Shown here in pieces: positions 27,077 to 32,000 of a DNA stretch of 32,000 bases. The DNA comes from Prochlorococcus marinus str. NATL2A (GTDB lineage: Bacteria > Cyanobacteriota > Cyanobacteriia > PCC-6307 > Cyanobiaceae): positions 1,620,001 to 1,652,000 of the forward strand of contig NC_007335.2 of NCBI RefSeq assembly GCF_000012465.1. Reading direction: 5' to 3'. Each line of letters starts with the position of its first letter. Position 1 is the first letter of the stretch. Below the pieces are notes generated by a model that saw only the letters and a program-made list of their open reading frames with translations, was not told the origin of the DNA and made no database searches. A program made the translations under genes and the position numbers.

Positions 27077-28297
27077 CTATGAGCCCTGGGACAAGTGATT
27101 CGAAATACTAAGTGCTATAGAGTGACTTCCGCCCTCTGGACCCATTCTTTGAGCCCCTCTTAAGCCAATAATCTCTCTATCAAAATCAGAGTTCAGTAAA
27201 AACTCTACTTGTTTTGAGAGAGTTTCATAACTCTTAGCAATAGCCACCGATCCTCCTAATAAACGACTTTGACGCTTAGCAAAATTGAAATTAAATTGGT
27301 GTCCTTTTGCTGGCAAGGAAACGCATGGGATTCCTAAACCTACTACTTGTTCTGTAGCTGTACCTGCATTAGCTACTCCTACTTCTCCCCACTTAGCCCA
27401 ACAAGAAAATTGGTTAAAGCCAATCAATATAAGTAATGAGTTTTTTTTCCATATTTCTGAAATCCCATTTTGACCTGTTGATTGATAAGTAGATTTAAAG
27501 CCTAAGTCCATCAATATTAATGCTATTTTTTTTCTCATTGCAGAAGAACTTAAAGGAACAAAGACTGCAATGGAAGATTTAATTCGAACAAATTGAACTG
27601 CAATTAAAAGTTTTTTAAAATTCTGATACGCCTCAGGCAAACGACTTCCACATAACAAAATCAAACGCCTATATCTTTTAAAGTCATCAGGACATTGTCT
27701 TTTAGAAATTCCATCCATCATTGGATTTCCCAGGGACAGTGCCTTTACGCCGTGATTTCTCAAACCTCTAGCAGTGATTTTGTCTCTTACTGCAACCATC
27801 TTGCATCGACTAGATCGCATTAACCAATATTCCCATGGATCCCACTCAGTTCCTTTCAATCGATGGTAACAATCACTTACAGCGGATCTTGGACCACTGG
27901 CCCATGTGTAATCACTTTTAGGAGTACCAATAAAAAAATAATTTGCTCCACTAGCCCATGCAAAAAGAAGAGGTAATAAATCTCCAACTGCAACGATAAT
28001 TTTTCCTTCTTTGGCTGCTCTATGAGTCAAAGTCCATTGAACCCAAAGACTTCCTAACAATCCAGCTTTTAAATCTAAAACCAAACCACTAAAACTCTGA
28101 TTACTAAATCCTCCGCTTGGCAAAAATGTTGAGGGGCCAATCTTTGCAAGCCAACCATTTTTTACATGCTTTAAAAATGCTTTCCCATCTCCAACCATTG
28201 GGAGAACTTCTTGGGAGACATTTGGATTCATTTCATGGAGAGCTTCTATAACCCTGCAAGCAATCGTGTCTTCTCCATGTCCATTACAAAGAAACAA
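27077..28297 (-). CDS. Lipid-A-disaccharide synthase-related protein (LpxB-like GT-B fold, TIGR03492-type; function unknown)
   Basis: The N-terminal LFLCNGHGEDTIACRVIEAL and the C-terminal GTATEQVVGLGIPCV resemble the cyanobacterial LpxB-related family. The ORF-track N-terminus (28298-28501) runs antisense through tRNA-Cys, so the start was moved to the in-frame TTG at 28297. The exact start is uncertain. Confidence 0.68.
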   Translation of the reverse strand: MFLCNGHGEDTIACRVIEALHEMNPNVSQEVLPMVGDGKAFLKHVKNGWLAKIGPSTFLPSGGFSNQSFSGLVLDLKAGLLGSLWVQWTLTHRAAKEGKIIVAVGDLLPLLFAWASGANYFFIGTPKSDYTWASGPRSAVSDCYHRLKGTEWDPWEYWLMRSSRCKMVAVRDKITARGLRNHGVKALSLGNPMMDGISKRQCPDDFKRYRRLILLCGSRLPEAYQNFKKLLIAVQFVRIKSSIAVFVPLSSSAMRKKIALILMDLGFKSTYQSTGQNGISEIWKKNSLLILIGFNQFSCWAKWGEVGVANAGTATEQVVGLGIPCVSLPAKGHQFNFNFAKRQSRLLGGSVAIAKSYETLSKQVEFLLNSDFDREIIGLRGAQRMGPEGGSHSIALSISNHLSQGS

Positions 28298-28354
28298 AAG
28301 ATTTTGTTCGGCTTGACTGATACGATTTGAATTGGAAATGAAACTTTCATTTTC

Positions 28355-28425
28355 GGCGGCATGGCCAAGTGGTAAGGCAGAGGATTGCAAATCCTTTATC
28401 CCCAGTTCGAATCTGGGTGCCGCCT
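28355..28425 (+). tRNA. tRNA-Cys (anticodon GCA)
   Basis: 71-nt cloverleaf folded by hand. The acceptor is GGCGGCA/TGCCGCC. The anticodon stem is GAGGA/TCCTT with loop TTGCAAA, and the T arm is CCCAG-TTCGAAT-CTGGG. No CCA is encoded. Confidence 0.92.
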
Positions 28426-28765
28426 TAATTATTATTCGTTTAATTTTCCTGCAGAAGACCTCTAGCAAAATGCTCCATGTGTAGCGAGTAGCAAGTTTCA
28501 AGAAGATTCAGAAATCAATTAATTGATCTTGGTACAATATCTAAATATTGATCTATATCCATTCTTACAGTTAGTCTCTAAAAGAACCACTAGCGAAAAG
28601 CTTGTGGTTAATCAGAATGAGAAATTTTTACATCTTATTTTCACTACTTGATTAAATATTTTTTGTACATGTTATGAAGGTTTTTTTTCATTACAATTAA
28701 ATAGAAGAATTCACATAGAAACATTATTCATGAATTAATATTAATCATATTAATCAATAAGAACA

Positions 28766-29197
28766 GTGTCTGATCAAATTGAGTTCAGTTCTTTTTATAA
28801 ATTATTAAATTCAATAAAGGAAGGTAAATCTGAACAAATACCTTTACTAGATGAAACAATCAATGACTTCCAGAATGGTAATAACTCGAAAAGTTTTCTT
28901 GATGAATTAGGGTCTCTTTATCTCTCTATAGGTATGACAGAATTATATAACTTTGCGAATACAAGAGATCTCCAAGAAATTGGACTTATCGATAAAGAAG
29001 GATGGGAAACTTTATCTTCTAAAAATCAACAAGAATTACCTGTATACCTAGCAAACAAAATGATTGAGTACATTAAAGAAAATAAAAAAGTAAAGGAAAT
29101 GTCAAACAAGTGGAATATTAAAGAAGGTGAAATAAGAAAGCATATAACTAAAATGGCAAGATATATAACTGAAGGGATTATTGATGTAATTGAATAG
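28766..29197 (+). CDS. Hypothetical protein (143 aa, Lys/Glu/Asn-rich)
   Basis: GTG start 4 codons after an in-frame TAA. Sample lines give lower GC (about 28%) than neighbouring genes. I recognised no motif. Confidence 0.45.
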   Translation: MSDQIEFSSFYKLLNSIKEGKSEQIPLLDETINDFQNGNNSKSFLDELGSLYLSIGMTELYNFANTRDLQEIGLIDKEGWETLSSKNQQELPVYLANKMIEYIKENKKVKEMSNKWNIKEGEIRKHITKMARYITEGIIDVIE

Positions 29198-29263
29198 AAT
29201 TAAATAAAGATTAATATTTCATATGACAATCTATTTTAATACTTTTATATCTAAATAGATAAA

Positions 29264-29443
29264 TCAATACTCATTATCTGCCACACAAATACCTAGACAT
29301 CTTATTCCGTTACTAGAAGTTCTTCCACAATGATTACATAGAACTTTTTCTTGTTGACCTTTACTTTCATTGTCATTATGTTTTTCTTCACTACTCTGCT
29401 TTTTTTCAAAACAAGAATCTTGAAAACTATTTAATTTATCCAT
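29264..29443 (-). CDS. Small Cys-motif protein (59 aa; CxxC...CxxxC, zinc-ribbon-like)
   Basis: Hand-translated and absent from the ORF track. The sequence is MDKLNSFQDSCFEKKQSSEEKHNDNESKGQQEKVLCNHCGRTSSNGIRCLGICVADNEY followed by a stop, with an ATG at 29443 and a TGA at 29266-29264. Confidence 0.5.
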   Translation of the reverse strand: MDKLNSFQDSCFEKKQSSEEKHNDNESKGQQEKVLCNHCGRTSSNGIRCLGICVADNEY

Positions 29444-29493
29444 GTAAGATAATAATATTAGTTTTATTTATTTGAAATAACTTCAATGAAGTC

Positions 29494-30465
29494 ATGACTA
29501 AGAAAAAAATTGGGATTGGTTTTGGAACATGGGCGTGGGGAAATAAGCTTGTTTGGGACTACAAAGCTGAAACAGATGATATTTTACTTAAAAAAACTTT
29601 TTTTGATGCAATAAATGGGGGATTAGATCTTATTGACAGTGCAGATTCATATGGCACGGGAAGTTTATTTGGGCAAAGCGAAAAGCTAATAGGCGATTTC
29701 CTTGAAGAGTTGCCCAAGAGAAAGCTGAAAAAAGTTACTATCGCAACAAAGCTTGCACCCTTTCCATGGAGAATTGGTCGCAATGGTCTAGACAATGCAT
29801 TCCAAGAAAGTAATCAGCGGCTAAAAGGAAATATGACAAGAGTACAACTTCATTGGAGTACTTATCGCTATGCACCTTGGCAAGAAGAACAATTACTAAA
29901 TGGACTAGGAGATTTATACGAAGAAGGTTTAATCAAAGAAATTGGGCTATCTAATACTGGTCCAAAAAGACTAAATTTTTTATTCCAAAAGCTGAAGAAA
30001 AGAGGAATTAAAATTAAAAGTATACAAATGCAGCTTTCGTTATTAACAAAACCATCTTTAGAAGATGAAAATATAAAAATTATATGTGATGAGAATGAAA
30101 TTGAATATTTAGCTTATAGTCCATTAGGACTGGGAATCCTTACAGTTCCACCTAATCAATCTCCTAAGCCTACAACATTCTTACGAAAAAGTTTATACCA
30201 AAGGATACTTCCAAAAACCATAGAATTGAGAACATTACTAACTCATATCGGTAAAAAGTATTCAGCTTCCCAAGCAGAAGTTGCCTTGAATTGGGTTAGG
30301 TCTCATGGAGCTAAACCAATAGTCGGTATTCGTAATCCAAACCAAGCTAAAGATGCAATTTCAGCACTTAATTGGTCTTTAACTAAAAGTGAAAAACAAA
30401 AGCTGGATTTTTGCAGGAATGCATGTCTAGCAAATATGCCACTAAATCCTTTTACTAGTCCATAA
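29494..30465 (+). CDS. Aldo/keto reductase family oxidoreductase
   Basis: It has GFGTWAWG, the DSADSYG catalytic Asp/Tyr region, QLHW and YSPLGLGIL blocks. Confidence 0.85.
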   Translation: MTKKKIGIGFGTWAWGNKLVWDYKAETDDILLKKTFFDAINGGLDLIDSADSYGTGSLFGQSEKLIGDFLEELPKRKLKKVTIATKLAPFPWRIGRNGLDNAFQESNQRLKGNMTRVQLHWSTYRYAPWQEEQLLNGLGDLYEEGLIKEIGLSNTGPKRLNFLFQKLKKRGIKIKSIQMQLSLLTKPSLEDENIKIICDENEIEYLAYSPLGLGILTVPPNQSPKPTTFLRKSLYQRILPKTIELRTLLTHIGKKYSASQAEVALNWVRSHGAKPIVGIRNPNQAKDAISALNWSLTKSEKQKLDFCRNACLANMPLNPFTSP

Positions 30466-30472
30466 TCCAAAT

Positions 30473-31105
30473 TTAAGTATCAGGACTAACAATAACCTTC
30501 ATTGAATCTGAAGAGGTTGGAAGACTAATAACTTTTGCCGGTGGAATTGGCTGTGAATTTGAGCTTTTTCCAATTATTTCTTTCTCAGGCTCTTTTTCAT
30601 CATTAGCACAAGCTTCTAAAGCCTCTCTCAACAACGAGTCAAAGGTTGCACCTGGCAATCTATGCCTAGCTACCTCAAGGAACGTGAGCGGTAAAGACTC
30701 TGATGCCGCATCTTTTAATGCAGGATTATTTTTTCTATGCTCTTGCTCGTCCTGAATTGCTCGGATAAATCTTAGAGTGACTTCATGCTTAGTCGAAGCT
30801 TTAATCAAAGTATCGTTATCTCTTGGACCATTAGTTGCTTCTTGTTCTAGATCATTAATTCTACTCTCCAAACTTGTAAGTACTTCATCAGCTTCTTTCC
30901 CAATATGAGAAAGTTGTCCGTCAGACAAGTTTGGTAAATCAGCTACATATACTTTTCCATGATCTCTAAGGGTTAAAAAAGTTGGTCTTGGGCCACTATT
31001 TTGCCGCATACCCGAATCTGCTTGACCTCCAAGAGGCTTTCTAGGAGGTGTTGGACCTGCAGAACTTCTCCTACGCGTTAGACGCTGTTGATTTTCAAAA
31101 GGCAT
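30473..31105 (-). CDS. Hypothetical protein (210 aa; basic Pro/Arg-rich N-terminus, predicted coiled-coil middle)
   Basis: ORF with ATG start and coding-like composition. I recognised no catalytic motif. Confidence 0.55.
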   Translation of the reverse strand: MPFENQQRLTRRRSSAGPTPPRKPLGGQADSGMRQNSGPRPTFLTLRDHGKVYVADLPNLSDGQLSHIGKEADEVLTSLESRINDLEQEATNGPRDNDTLIKASTKHEVTLRFIRAIQDEQEHRKNNPALKDAASESLPLTFLEVARHRLPGATFDSLLREALEACANDEKEPEKEIIGKSSNSQPIPPAKVISLPTSSDSMKVIVSPDT

Positions 31106-31265
31106 AGAGCTAATTAAGATCTAACTTCGCATTACCCGAACTAATATCCGGCTTGCGTTTTTTTACATCTTACTGTTTTTTTACCGTTATAGAAAATCTT
31201 TTTTAACCTTCATTTAATTTGTTCAGGTACTGTACTAGGGATTTTATAAAACTTCGCTTGTAACC

Positions 31266-32000
31266 TCAGCTTGGTATTCCAAAAATACCGATATTTTTTG
31301 AATTGTTCTGACTTTCAACAACTTGACCTATATTCCAAGCCTCAAAATCATTTTTGATACATATTTCTAAAGCAGAATTCACCTCATTTTTAGGAACAAT
31401 TAAACAAAAACCAATACCCATATTAAATGTATTCCAAAGATCAATTTCAGGAATATCTCCAGCATTTTGTAACCAATTAAAGATTTCAGTTATTTCCCAA
31501 GTAGTTATATCTATATGTGGTGACAATCCAGAAGGGAAAATTCTAGGAAGATTCTCTGGCAATCCACCACCTGTAATATGCGTCATTCCATGAATTGGTA
31601 AATTTTCTCTCAACAATTTCTCAACAAGTTGAACATAAATTGCTGTTGGTTCCAGTAAAGATTGGATCAAGTTCCTTTTATCTTTCCCAAAAAGAGTATT
31701 TTCATCCACATTCGCCATAGAAAGAACTTTACGCACAAGACTAAAACCATTGCTATGAACACCGTTACTTTTAATCCCAATGATCTGATCTCCACAATTG
31801 ATTTTCGTGCCGTCTATTAAGTGATGATTTTCAACGATCCCAACACAGAAACCTGCAAGGTCATATCTTCCAATGGGATAAAAACCTGGCATTTCAGCTG
31901 TTTCGCCTCCCAAGAGAGAACAATCCGATTGACAACAGCCTGCTGCAATGCCCTCTATCACTTCAGCTAAAGCATCAGGAGTCAAAGTTCCGCTTGCTAT
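31266..32000 (-). CDS. purM: Phosphoribosylformylglycinamidine cyclo-ligase (AIR synthetase), partial with N-terminus beyond the window edge
   Basis: It has [15 protein letters not shown] and the AIR-synthase C-terminal domain. The frame is open to position 32000, so the ORF-track start at 31985 is an internal TTG. Confidence 0.92.
   Translation of the reverse strand: MASGTLTPDALAEVIEGIAAGCCQSDCSLLGGETAEMPGFYPIGRYDLAGFCVGIVENHHLIDGTKINCGDQIIGIKSNGVHSNGFSLVRKVLSMANVDENTLFGKDKRNLIQSLLEPTAIYVQLVEKLLRENLPIHGMTHITGGGLPENLPRIFPSGLSPHIDITTWEITEIFNWLQNAGDIPEIDLWNTFNMGIGFCLIVPKNEVNSALEICIKNDFEAWNIGQVVESQNNSKNIGIFGIPS

Noticed and set aside
28298-28501. N-terminal 68 codons of the ORF-track entry 27077..28501
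   Set aside because: This stretch runs antisense straight through the tRNA-Cys gene (28355-28425); the peptide APRFELGIKDLQSSALPLGH is simply the reverse translation of the tRNA. The conserved protein begins at about LFLCNGHGED, so the extension is an artefact.
29229-29260. AT-rich inverted repeat ATCTATTT ... AAATAGAT between the convergent 143-aa ORF and the 59-codon gene
   Set aside because: The 8-bp stem has a single G-C pair, and such palindromes are expected by chance in 20% GC spacer. It is not strong enough to call a terminator.
28426-29493. Integrated mobile element at tRNA-Cys
   Set aside because: There is no integrase or recombinase gene, no direct repeat of the tRNA 3' end (TTCGAATCTGGGTGCCGCC) downstream that I could find by eye, and the patch is only about 1 kb. 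It is reported as a compositional oddity in the findings, not as a mobile element.
31128-31164. Terminator-like element on the + strand (CGCA..CCG loop CGG..TGCG followed by T7) between purM and the 210-aa ORF
   Set aside because: The stem is only about 7 bp and is interrupted by internal loops. No + strand gene or obvious transcript ends here, since both flanking genes are on the minus strand, where the element would be preceded rather than followed by the U-run. It is probably a chance feature of the T-rich spacer.

Overview
The window is a gene-dense, low-GC (about 35% by eye) core-chromosome segment of a marine picocyanobacterium, most like Prochlorococcus. This rests on psaD, ppc, hemF, a CAAD/CURT1-like protein, a cyanobacterial-type gshA, tiny intergenic gaps and overlapping stops and starts. 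All calls come from reading the translations and DNA by eye; no searches were run and family names are from memory. I call 32 protein-coding genes. One is partial at the right edge, and one is a 59-codon gene absent from the ORF track. There are two tRNAs (Arg-CCG on +, Cys-GCA on +). I saw no rRNA, transposase or integrase, CRISPR array, prophage or long repeat. Several ORF-track starts are artefactual upstream TTG/GTG extensions and I trimmed them (trpE, gshA, speH, CAAD). One ORF runs antisense through tRNA-Cys and was also trimmed. I found no clear-cut novel multi-gene system. The best candidates for a second look are: (1) an intact JAMM/MPN+ metalloprotease directly upstream of a MoeB/ThiF-type E1-like enzyme with a rhodanese domain, with no ubiquitin-like partner in sight and all four structural-zinc cysteines replaced; (2) a 3-Cys LarE-like PP-loop sulfur transferase nearby; (3) recF, whose conserved N-terminus can only be translated from an ATT codon; (4) a histidine kinase with an intact H-box but degenerate ATP-binding boxes, preceded by a leader with mutually exclusive pairings and an overlapping 24-codon uORF, inside the largest non-coding gap of the window; (5) a DinG/Rad3-like protein next to recA with both ATPase motifs apparently dead; (6) a lower-GC patch with orphan small genes beside tRNA-Cys.
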